Of a DNA stretch of 64,000 nucleotides, positions 13,051 to 24,985 are shown one piece after another. The notes beneath the pieces are model-generated. The model had not been told where the DNA came from. It made no database searches and saw only the letters and a list, made by a program, of their open reading frames with translations. The DNA comes from Haliotis rubra. Its lineage: Eukaryota. The DNA lies in NCBI RefSeq assembly GCF_003918875.1, contig NW_025766026.1:62001-126000 (forward strand), given 5' to 3'. Within the stretch, counting starts at the first letter, position 1; each line of letters begins with the position of its first letter. The translations under genes and the position numbers were made by a program.

Positions 13051-14829
13051 TTATAGATTATGTCCTTTATGAACACCATACCATCAATATTTGCCTTGGG
13101 CAATAGCGTGTAAAAAATTGAAAATTTGATAGAAGATTTGAAGATGATCTAAAAATTTAGGAAATACGCATCGACGTGATGATAGGAATTTATCACTCTG
13201 AAGTTGTAATTCTGATACCATGATGTCAACAATTCCGTGATATAAAGGAAACATATGAACTTTGTTGTTTAACGCTTCACTCAGCAATATGTGAAAGTCT
13301 TGGCGAGACAATCCAGTGGCTGACATTATGAACACTTTATAATTATTGGGATACGATGATATACACCAACCAAGTCTGCAAACCTGACCCATCCACCCAG
13401 CTGGTCTTCTATTTATAAATTTGGACACGCATGGGTGATGTAAGCTAATTCTTACCTGCATCTCCTCGGGTTAAGGCTATGATTAGTCAGGAACACTATG
13501 ATACTTTTGAGTGGGACACCAGAAATAGACTTCACACATTGTATCCATGTGGGGAATCGAACCCAAGCCTTCGGAGTGCTTCTGAGTAAGCTTATTCACT
13601 TGGCTTCACTACCTCTCTCAAATACTGTATTGTGTGGGGCTTCTGTGTCAAGGTAAGGACTACTTAATATGCTAATGTCTAAAAGATGAACCCAGGTGCA
13701 TATTTATATATGATTTAAAAAGAACGAATCTTGAATAACTGTGACAAAACCCGATAATTCAATTAGGAGGACGAAATCATCTCCCAATATCAGGAATTAA
13801 AAAACTGTATTACGTGAACGAGTGTCAGTTTGGGTTTTTCTCAGCATTTACTTTAAAATGCAGTCATACTGCTGAGCAATCCTATTCCCCTAGTTCACTT
13901 GTGTTTGAGTACGTGCGCGTGCAGGTGTGTGTGTGTGATATTTTCTGATGTAATCTTGAACAAGTAAGGTATATGCTTCTCGTGAAAATATATGTAGTCT
14001 TACCGTATTGTTCACAACGGATGTCGCAAATCACATTTACCTCTTATGCCCTAATCACCAACTCATTTTGTTTTTGCAATGTGAATATGTTTGATACTTA
14101 TTTTATATTTAGACGTATTTATTCTAAAAACCTTCCCAGTGCTGTTACTTTCTTCAAAAACACGAAATTGGTACTGCGGATTTATTCAAAACGCTTGAGA
14201 GGTTACATGTGAAGTACATTTATTAACTGCAACACTGTTTCTGTTTGTGAAATGACTTAAAAATAAATTATAACATATTACCATCTTTACATTCACCGAA
14301 GACCGGAACCTCAGTGTCACGCCGGCAGATACTAGCATAGTACACGCTCACTGTGATCTCGGATTTGATATCATTGATGTTCAGAACCCACCATCTGTTC
14401 GATCCATGGACACCATAGCTGCTACACAACATCTTCTGGTCTCGAGCCTGAAGTGGGAAAGGAACCATACCGGTGATCGTATCTTTTAGTACACAGTATT
14501 CACTTTCAAGATGTGTGTTGGTGATAAATAACAACTACGTTCCATAATGTGTGAAAAATAGTCCAAGACTTTGGTTGGAACTGCCGTGACGTATCAATCT
14601 AACGTGGGGCGAAAGAATCGCGTCAGTAAATTATAGTTATAGCAAAACTACGGTATTTACAAAATTCACTACCAGGGTAAATCGCGAATACCATCCAAAA
14701 TGACGCTTTTTTTGCAAAATAGCCTCAAGAAAAACGTGCAGGAACTTTTTTTTCACCATGTAAGAAACAGCACAAGTGAGATCGGTTTCTGGTAAGTTCA
14801 GCACTATCCCGGCGGGAATGTCAAAACAG

Positions 14830-14936
14830 CAGTCTAAGTAAACCTTAGGGTTTCTACTTAGGACCTTCTACTAGGGTTTGTTCTAGCCAGTATAGCAGTG
14901 TAACAAATAGTACTGAGCCTAGGTTTACTTAGACTG
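14830..14936. mobile_element. Small MITE with TIR cagtctaagtaaacct
   Basis: cagtctaagtaaacct ... aggtttacttagactg. Confidence 0.75.
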
Positions 14937-15008
14937 TCAAAACAGAAATAGGACACCTTCAAGTGTATGCATTAAAATGTAACAGTTTTTGTTATTATTT
15001 AAGATAAA

Positions 15009-15448
15009 TCATTAAGGTCATACCGGAAGCGACCCTACGGTAAAACTTCAAGTATTTGTCAACAAGGGGTAATAGCATTATAATCACACCATGCAATCAC
15101 GGAGTTCACGTTTATCTTTTAATTTCATTCAAGTCATTTCAACATTTTATCAATGTGTAGTTCCAGGGTGCCGTTGTACAAAGCTATCTTAGCGCTAAGG
15201 TAACCGTAACTCCCATACCTTAACATAGACTTAAGGTAATCTTAGCGTTAAGGCTGTTTTGTACAACGGCATCCAGGTCATTAAGGTCATACCGGAATAG
15301 ATTCTACGGTAAAACTTTAAATATTTGTCAACAACGATTAATAACATTATAATCAAACCATGCAATCACAAAGTTAACGTTTCACCACCATCTTTAATAA
15401 TTAATTTCATTCATGTCATTTCAACATTTCATCAAGGTGTAATTCCTG
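15009..15448. repeat. ~155 bp direct duplication flanking a ~115 bp Harbinger-like palindromic MITE
   Basis: tcattaaggtcataccggaa...tgtgtagttcc repeats at 15009 and 15278. The inner element gtgccgttgtacaaa...tttgtacaacggcat has a cttagcgctaag core shared with 57708-57818. Confidence 0.75.
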
Positions 15449-17027
15449 GAGAAGATAGTTTTATTTCGTAATTATAAGTAATGTACCATTTGGAAATATC
15501 CATGCCAGTGTGTGCAAGAAAACAACAATGATTAGAATAGTTTAATGATAATATTGGCCTTTCTTGTGATGCTAAGCATGCTGCCTACAATTCGTCTAAC
15601 CTTTGTACGACTGGGCCCGCCGTAGGTCACGGCACTTCCCGAGACCTTAGTACTTCCGGTGACAAACAACGTTTCATACATTTTCGAATGGTCTCTTGAT
15701 TGTCAGGTGATGGTAAGGAACCCGATAATCCTTGCAGGAATAAGAAATTTCCTGTCACACCATCTCTAATTTAGCCAACATTTACGACTGTCAACAGTTG
15801 TGACAGCCAAGCATAGTTGTACACTTGGTCCGATCTAGCAATGCCATATTTGGCGGTCGCGCAACTTGGAACCAGAACTGGTTCGTAAATATATGCTTGT
15901 CACCGGAAATTTGGTACCGGAAGTAATCTGGGCCCCGTCTCGCATATCGCAAGTTGGTGCGCGCAAAGGGTGCGGGGAACCAGCTTAGTACCGGAAGTAG
16001 CGCCTCGCGAGACGTATCTATAGGCCCTCTGATATCTTATCTGACGTTGTAGATGTTGTTACAGTGACCAAGGACAATTCAGGAAAAATTCTGTAGTATA
16101 GTCAGCTTGTATCAATGAGTAACACTTATGCTATAGCTAACAAGTGTGGATCACAAAATACAAGCGTCGTTGTGTTTACGTACATTCTGAGTTTTGTTCT
16201 AGTATGGCTATGTATTTGCATCTGTAGCACAAAATAAATTAACGGAAAACCACCATCGCTTATTCTGGCACAAAGCACTCAACTATAGAAATCACCTGCG
16301 TGGCAAATGCATTCGCTGTAGGGCGTCACAACGGCTGGGAACACATTCATATGATCACAGCTCTCAATATAGGACTAAATATGGATAACTACATCAAATA
16401 ATCCTGTCAACCATCCCTGAGAGAACACAGGAAGAAGCCGCCGACAGTGATTGCAACTACTTTGTATGAGAATAGTCTGGAAGCATCTTTCTCCATATGA
16501 AGTATATTTGACTTGTTTAAACTAAGGTAAAATAATGAGGACAATCCTTAAAGGTGATGACGTAAACAAATCGAACAAAATGTCAAAACTGAATACAAAG
16601 TATTGAATACCATTTGGAAATATACCCTTAATCATTTGTAGACGGGTAACGTCCACTCCAAAGTCAATCAACCATGTCTTCCTGAATCGGAAGTCCCACT
16701 GAGAACCACCATCTCCAGGTGTCTACAGTCTAGGCATAGCGTTCATCACAAGTTAAAGACATCTGGTCGTATCAGGTTATCCTATTAGTTGAAGGGTTGG
16801 GTTAAATCCCGAACTCACTTTTGTGACCTTGATATTTTGACCTTTGTAATAGCTTCATTGACAGAAACGCGTGGCTTAAGCATCAGCTAGCACTAGATAA
16901 ACGTCAAATTTCTTCACGATAATAATATGTGTGATATACGTTCTATACTACATGGCTGAAATGAATATTACTGTTCGGATATGGCTCTACACGATCTCCG
17001 GGAACACTCCCATGGACACCATAGCTG

Positions 17028-20000
17028 CTACACAATGTCTTCTGGTCTTGAGCTCTGCACAGAATCATGCTGGCGATCTTGTATGAACCGTAGCATCTGC
17101 CTTAGACTGAACAGAGTAAGTCGGTCCACCTCCTTTTCTAGTTCAATCTCCTCAACATAGTTCTTCACCGGGAAGATGTGCGAGCGCGGTTGACCCATGA
17201 GCTCTGCTGCCTTGTCAACCAGATCTGCTATCTTAGAACTGTCGAACGTAAGAGACAGGTCTTTGTCCGCCAACGAGCAAACCAAGTCTATCTTTGATAG
17301 CACCACTGTTTGGGGAATATCTGCTCGAAAAGAAAATAAGCTTAACTACATCGACAAAATTTAGTTTTAAGAGAGAAGAACGAAGCTTTTAACTCAAAGG
17401 CTAACATTATGACTATAGTGCTTGTTGTATAACGCCTCACACATCAATATTCCCGGCATACTCCGCTTGTAAATAACGAGACACGGACCAGACTATCCAA
17501 TGATTGACTTGCTTATCAACAATCGACACAATGGATGACAATGCAACGGCAACAACGTTAACCTTATCAGGTGTACAACATTTTGAGTTAAGTCTAGTGC
17601 TGTTTATTAACGACGTAGGGTAAGTGCATAGTTAAACTTACTGCATTTGTTGGCTATGTCTTTCCACTTGTCAAACTCCCTTTTTATATCTCTCGGTAGG
17701 TCATCGATGACACTTCCATCAATAACAAACACAATACCATGCATGCTCTTCAAATCAGTCCTCTTCCTATAACTGTCAATGATACCGTGAATCCATAATG
17801 CAAGCTTCGTCTGAAAATAGACCAATCGACTGCATCCATACATATCATGTGGCAAACAATAACTGTGAGTCAATTTTAGCAGGATCACGGCGGGGGGCAT
17901 CAAACATGAAAACAGAGCCTATTTTATGCCCTGAAGAGCAAACACTTTAACTACTAGGTTATATCCTGCCACTACTGGATTGATTCATGTTGCCATACTG
18001 TGTTATTCTTTGAATATTCCAGGTTTTCAAGCATATCAATTCTAGATCAAAACATGTTTGATTTGATGCTTAACTGACCGTGATTGAATCTGCATCAGGC
18101 GTAGTGTCTTGGGGTGTTTCCAATCCTGGACTCTCACAAAATCTCAAACTGAGAACTGCCCTGTCTTGTCCTCTTTTGATCTCATGTTCCTTCCTCTAAA
18201 AGTGATTAAATTGACAACTTTAAAATTGAGAACTAAATGTGGTAAAACGTTAAAGGAAGCTACAGAATGTAATATGTTACAAACTATGTGTGCATGAAAG
18301 CATTGAAAGAAAGTTTTACATAAATATATGAAGTAAATTCATGCATATCATTTGTCCTCTTGCCTTGGAAGTACCACTTGCAACTTCAGTGCTGTGGGCA
18401 CTTGTGACATAACCCCTAAAGGCGGAGCGAATGCTGTGTATGTAGCTGGACTGGCCGGCATCTCGCTGACACACAAGCAAGATCTTCACGGGGTCAAGTG
18501 TTTGGGGCACGCTATAAGCTTCTATGTCTGCCTTCATGTTCTGAAAGTGAAATTGTGAAATAATATGAATATAGCCAATGGTATCTTTCTTAAAGGCACA
18601 GTGCCACATATGTTCGACAATATTTTGGCCCATATTATATATGTTGTGGCATATGCACTCACCTTAGCTTCCTATTGATGCAACAGAAGACTTATTATCC
18701 CTTATGACTTGCCTGAAATCGATAATTGAATCTTCGAGGCGTACAACTTCCAAACAGAGAACACTTGCCATATATGGAATGTAAAATATTACTCTGTATA
18801 TCGGAAACTGTCGCACATGGTGGTGTCGGTGTTTGCCGAACTGGCTTTCACGGGTTGCGCCCATGGCATTTATAAAGAGCGCTCCAAGGCACATAACTCT
18901 GTGGGGTTCGCTTGAAAAAACGTTCGGCCGGTAGAGGACCTGAGAGTCGATTTAATACAACGTTGTATTAATTCTTTCCAACTTTTTTTTTAATATTGTA
19001 ATCTAAAAACGTAATTTATTTTATATTTACGTTACGTTATTACATTATATTTATTTTCTCTGGGGGCTTCATTATGTAGTTTGAAAGAAGTGTGCTGTGC
19101 AATAACTAGTACCTTTAAGGAGAACACACTATAATGTATTCAATCAATATAGAGGACAATGCTTGAAAATGCGCTGTAATTGTGTTCTTCTTATTACTAC
19201 CCGTGAAGATCCGGCTAAGAATATTGATCTTCAGTAACCCATGCTTGTCGTAAGAGGCGACTAACGGGATCGGGTGGTCAGGCTCGGTGACTTGGTTGAC
19301 ACATTTCATCGGTTCCCAATTGCTCAGATCGGTGCTCATGCTGTTGATCACTGTATTGCCTGGTCCAGACTCGACTATTTACAGACCGCCGCCATGTAGC
19401 TGGAATATTGCTGAGTGTAGCGTAAAACTAAACTCACTTTTCTTATTACTTCAGTACTTACGTCATTTGTGTCCGTTATTTGTGTCCATGGGGAAGGCAG
19501 GTAATCTTTATCATCTGTCGGAAAGAAGAAAACATTAAATTCACCTCGAATGACATACTTCCTCTCCGTTTCAGCTTGCCTGACTGTTCGAAAATAATTA
19601 ATTGTTTCTCAAAACATACAATGACCAAAGTGTTTGCTGTTCTAATACATGCCATTAAATTCAACACGAGAGGTACACGGGGGTTAAAGAGCAAATACAT
19701 GTACCCAGCAGGACACAAACAGTCGAACACCATTGTCTCGAAGTTGAAGGGACCTACGCAATAAATTCCAGTTATCCGAGAGTCGACACAAACGTATAAG
19801 TGAGTGAGTGAGTTTAGCTTTACGCCGCACTCAGCAATATTCAAGCTATATGGCGGCGGTCTGTAAATAATTGAGTCTGGACCAGACAATCCAGTGATCA
19901 ACAGCATGAGCATCGATCTGCGAAATTGGGAACGGAAGACATGTGTCGACCAAGTCAGCGAGCCTGACCACCCGATCCCGTTAGTCGCCTTTTACGACAA

Positions 20001-22398
20001 GCATAGTCGCCTTTTGTGGCAAGCATGGTTGCTGAAGACCTATTCTACACCGGATCTTCACGGGTCAAAAACGTATAATGCTGACTATATCAGGAATATA
20101 TGGGAACCAAACTGTAACTTCGAGACAACCGTGAGTTCGACACAACGGTGTTTGTATACGCATTGAGAAGGACAAATGTATATTAGTTATGTACTGAACA
20201 GGGCAAATAAATGCATTCACAATAACTTGGAAAGGTATACCACGTGGCATTCCAGTAACTGCACAATAGTAAGTTTAGTTTAACGCCGCTCCCAGCAATA
20301 TTCAAGCTATATGGCGGCGGTCTGTAAACAATCGAGTCTGGACCAGACAATCTATTGGTCAACAGCACAAACAACTCGATGCAGTTCGTAACCTGGTTTT
20401 TACGTATCTCCTCAAACGAATCATTTGCACATATACCGCTGAGGGACAGACAATAAATGCAATGTATGTTCTCTTGGTGATTTGGCTGACTACATAACAC
20501 CGGTATTGATGTCCCTACACTGGCTACCAATATAAGCCCGGATCCACTTCAAGATCTTGTGCTTTGCCTACACTGTTTGAATGGTACAGCACCGAGCTAT
20601 CTATAAGAACTGATCTCTCCTTACCAGCCTTCATGACGTCTAAGGTCTGAAATCCAACGCCTACTTGCAGTACCAAACTCAAGACTAAACTCGTATTGCA
20701 ACAGCTCGTTTCAAGTAGCAGCACCCCAGTTATGGAACTCACTATCTCAGAACATGAAAAGAATCCCTCACCCTTGAGACATTTAAAACCAGCCTAAAAA
20801 CGTATCTCTTCAGAAAGTGCTATCCCCACGAACTATCTCCTCCTGTGAACTTCGCATCTGTGACTATTGTAGCGCCTTGAGCATGCACTTTTGTTGATGG
20901 AACCCAGCGCAACACAAACAGACATTCTTATTATTAGCTGTGGCTAATGTGTACAATACCCTCATACCAAGAACTTGGTAAACTTGAAATCCCGTTTGAG
21001 CCATATTGTTGGAAACCAGACGTTCATGTCTGTGGTGCCTCTGGCTGTTGTATGTCTGGCCCAGGTCAGTCAGGATCAGGAGCTTCATCACCACATCCCG
21101 CCTGTAAGGAGAGCGCCGCTCAAGTCTGGTTTCAACATCTCGTCTTGCTTTCTCATCGTTACCTCCGCCAAACGTTGGGCCGTAGAGAGGATGACAGTAG
21201 ATTGAACAGCTGTGATCATCAGTGTCATATTTTCTTGGATCGAAAGAACCTCGGTCGTACAATTTGAACACGAAAGCATCACGATCCGGTTTTGATCCTG
21301 AAGGTTTGGCATCCCAACTTGCAGAAGTATACCCCCCTAATGTAAAACCGAGAAGATTCAATCACTCATATTCTTCATGGCAATGAAATAGACATTTTGC
21401 TGTAATGCTCGTCAACTTAAGATGTAATACTATTTTATCACTAACATAAATATATCAGGGGGTATCATTAATACTTTATGACAACGTTACATGCGAAATT
21501 AGGAGACATGATGGTATACAAATGGAATGCCGCTGGTTTGTTTCAATTAAATGTACCAGTGATGGATTTATCTCTATTGTCTTTGATAAACTATTTAATC
21601 GCCATGCCTGTGAAAGTGTGTTTGTATGTACTCAACACAATTAAAAACGTGTATGAAATGAATGCCTGGTTTGACTAGGTGTTAGTTAAAAAATCCAGAA
21701 AACCCACAAAACTGGTAATATTTGTGATCTTCGAAGGGGGGTAATTTTTTGTAGTTTCTTGCCACAGACGGTAATGGCAATGACATGTAGGCAACTTGGA
21801 CGTGGGTCTGGCGGTAAACGTGAAATAGTTGGTCATATAGAGCGTGACAAAGCATTAAACACAACAGTTACACGATCATCTATAACAGGAAAACGCAAAA
21901 AGCAAGTATGCCGCAACTCTTGAATCAGCAACTTGCTCTGGGTGGGCGTTATGCTTGACAATCTCTTGCAGCAGTTTCACGTGACCTGGGCTGGAGTCGC
22001 CAGACAATAAAATTTTCACTGAGTTTTGATGCCATTTATAATTTAGAGCTGAATTTAGCGAGAATGCCGTCATTCAGTACTACGGATCGTTTGCAAACGA
22101 AGCGGTACATTGTTCTTTATTAGGTTAGTTATCGGGTTAGATAATTCCGTAAGGCTTCATGACAATATGCCGAAACCAAACGTGCTTGCGGAATATTTTT
22201 AAATGTAATATACTCACCAAACGAACTGTTGTCTGCAAAGAAGATGGATACAGTCGGTCCTTTTCTGTCGCAACATCTGTGAAAGTCATACGGGACGTTC
22301 TTTGAGGTTCCGCTTTCAAACAACAACTTGAATTTCTTCCTCCCCTCCAACCAATGCATTAACGTTTCCTCACACAGTTGATTGAACAGTTTTGTCAT
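17028..22398 (-). CDS. IFI44L: Divergent IFI44/IFI44L-like protein, gene B (~446 aa), degenerate GTPase motifs
   Basis: Exons 22398-22218, 21336-20968, candidate linker 19579-19545, 18540-18364 (GC donor), 18195-18079, 17810-17642, 17320-17028 join into an open frame. TLDc FHRCCDRKGPT/FGGYT/YGPTFGGG; G1 reads LLVCQRDAGQSS; G3 reads FCESPG; SKID and VKNY retained. The linker exon and the GC donor are the least certain parts. Confidence 0.8.
19199..19438 (+). mobile_element. SINE family 2, full-length copy
   Basis: acccgtgaagatccgg...ggaatattgctgagtgtagcgtaaaactaaactcac. Confidence 0.88.
19800..20066 (-). mobile_element. SINE family 2, full-length copy
   Basis: (gagt)n tail at left, ccggatcttcacgggt at right. 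Confidence 0.88.
20515..20890 (+). mobile_element. L2/CR1-group LINE 3' fragment
   Basis: Degenerate translation LHWLPI..RIHFKIL..NGTAPSYL..APQLWNSL..FKTSLKTYLF, typical of the L2 ORF2 C-terminus, then a gcgccttgagca tail. Confidence 0.75.
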
Positions 22399-22607
22399 CC
22401 TGAGTGGAAATAATACGACCTGCAAAACCGGTTTACATGACAACATAAGAGCTGTTGCGGCAAAATAGTTCATTGATTATTACGTTGAGGTTCTCGGTGC
22501 CCAGTCAAAGTGGCTGCTTATATGTGCATGCAGAACAACAAACCACACTGTATTTTAAAGAAGAAGATATTTATTTACACAAGTCTGTTACCATACTAAG
22601 ATTGCTG

Positions 22608-24985
22608 TCAAGAACGCCATTCATTTCATACACTCCAGTACCACCTTCTCACTAACACCTAGTCAAGAACGCCATTCATTTCATACACTCCGGTATCCCC
22701 TTCTAACTAACACCTAGTCAAGAACGCCATTCATTTCATACACTCCGGTATCACCTTCTGAGTTACACCTAGTCAAAAACGCCATTCATTTCATACTCTC
22801 CAGTGCCACCTTCTAACTAACACCTAGTCAAGAACGCCATTCATTTCATACACTCCGGTACCACCTTGTTACTAACACCTAGTCAAGAACGCCATTCATT
22901 TCATACACTCCGGTACCACCTTCTAACTAACACCTAGTCAAGAACGCCATTCATTTCATACACTCCGGTACCACATTCTCACTAACACCTAGTGAAGAAC
23001 GCCATTCATTTCATACACTCCGGTACCACCTTCTAACTAACACCTAGTCAAGAACGCCATTCATTTCATACACTCCGGTATCAGCTTCTGACTAACACCT
23101 AGTCAAGAACGCCACTAATTTCATACACTCCGGTACCACCTTCTCACTAACACCTAGTGAAGAACGCCATTCATTTTATACACTCCGGTACCACCTTCTC
23201 ACTAACACCTAGTCAAGAACGCCATTCATTTCATACACTCCGGTACCAGATTCTAACTAACACCTAGTCAAGAACGCCATCATTTCATACACTCCGGTAC
23301 CACCTTCTGACTAACACCTAGTCAAGAACGCCATTTATTTCATACGCTCCGGTACCAGATTCTAACTAACACCTAGTCAAGAACGCCATTCATTTCATAC
23401 ACTCCGGTACCACATTCTCACTAACACCCAGTCAAGAACGCCACTCATTCATTTTCATACACTCCGGTACTACATTCTAACTAACACCTAGTCAAGAACG
23501 CCATTCAGTTCATGCACTCTGGTACCACCTTCTGACTAACACTTAGTCAAGAACGCCATTCATTTCATACACTCCGGTACCACCTTCCAACTAACACCTA
23601 GTGAAGAACGCCCATTCATTTCATACTAGTCAAGAACGTTCCGGTACACTCCCACCTTCTGACTAACACCTAGTCAAGAACGCCATTCATTTCATACCCT
23701 CCGGTACCAGATTCTAACTAACACCTACACTCCGTACCACCTTCTAACTAACAACTAGTCAAGAACGCCATTCATTTCATACACTCCGGTACTACCTTCT
23801 TCTAACTAACACCTAGTCCAAAGAACGCCATTCATTTCATACACTCCGGTACTACTAACACCTAGTCAAGAACGCCATTCATTTCATACACTCCGGTATC
23901 ACCTTCTGACTAACACCTAGTCAAGAACGCCATTCATTTCATACACTCCGGTACCACCTTCTAACTAACACCTAGTCAAGAACGCCATTCATTTCATACA
24001 CTCCGGTTCCACCTTCTCACTAACACCTAGTCAAGAACGCCATTCATTTCATGCACTCCAGTATCACCTTCTAAGACCTAGTCAAGAACGCCATTCATTT
24101 CATACACTCCGGTACCACCTTCTGACTAACACTTAGTCAAGAACGCCATTCATTTCATACACTCCGGTACCACCTTCTGACTAACACCCGGTTCCACCTT
24201 CTCACTAACACCTAGTCAAGAACGCCATTCATTTCATACACTCCGGTATCACCTTCTGACGGTACCACACCTAGTCAAGAACGCCATTCATTTCATACAC
24301 TCCGGTACCACCTTCTAACTAACAACTAGTCAAGAACGCCATTCATTTCATGCACTCCGGTACCACCTTCTAACTAACACCTAGTCAAGAACGCCATTCA
24401 TTTTATACACTCCGGTATCACCTTCTGACTAACACCTAGTCAAGAACGCCATTCATTTCATACACTCCGGTTCCACCTTCTGACTAACACCTAGTCAAGA
24501 ACGCCATTCATTTCATGCACTCCAGTATCACCTTCTAAGACCTAGTCAAGAACGCCATTCATTTCATACACTCCGGTACCACCTTCTAACTAACACCTAG
24601 TCAAGAACGCCATTCATTTCATGCACTCCGGTACCACTTTCTCACTAGCACCTAGTCAAGAACGCCATTCATTTCATGCACTCCAGTATCACCTTCTAAC
24701 TAAGACCTAGTCAAGAACGCCATTCATTTCATACACTCCGGTACCACCTTCTAACTAACACCTAGTCAAGAACGCCATTCATTTCATGCACTCCGGTACC
24801 ACTTTCTCACTAGCACCTAGTCAAGAACGCCATTCATTTCATGCACTCCAGTATCACCTTCTAACTAAGACCTAGTCAAGAACGCCATTCATTTCATACA
24901 CTCCGGTACCACTTTCTAACTAACACCTACTCAAGAACGCCATTCATTTCATACTCTCCATTACCACATTCTAACTAACACCTAC
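22608..24985. repeat. 55-bp minisatellite, roughly 43 copies
   Basis: Unit agtcaagaacgccattcatttcatacactccggtaccaccttctaactaacacct; period 55 (22661, 22716). Confidence 0.95.

Noticed and set aside
18663-18712. Alternative 50-nt linker exon for gene B (good AG/GT sites)
   Set aside because: Stop codons in all three frames; at most a decayed or poison exon.
19476-20166. ORFs of 80-145 aa in the gene B intron
   Set aside because: Mostly translations of SINE family 2; similar peptides recur at other copies.
22608-24985. CRISPR-like array
   Set aside because: Units are contiguous near-identical repeats with no unique spacers, no cas genes, and a eukaryotic context. The same applies to the 38- and 43-bp arrays.
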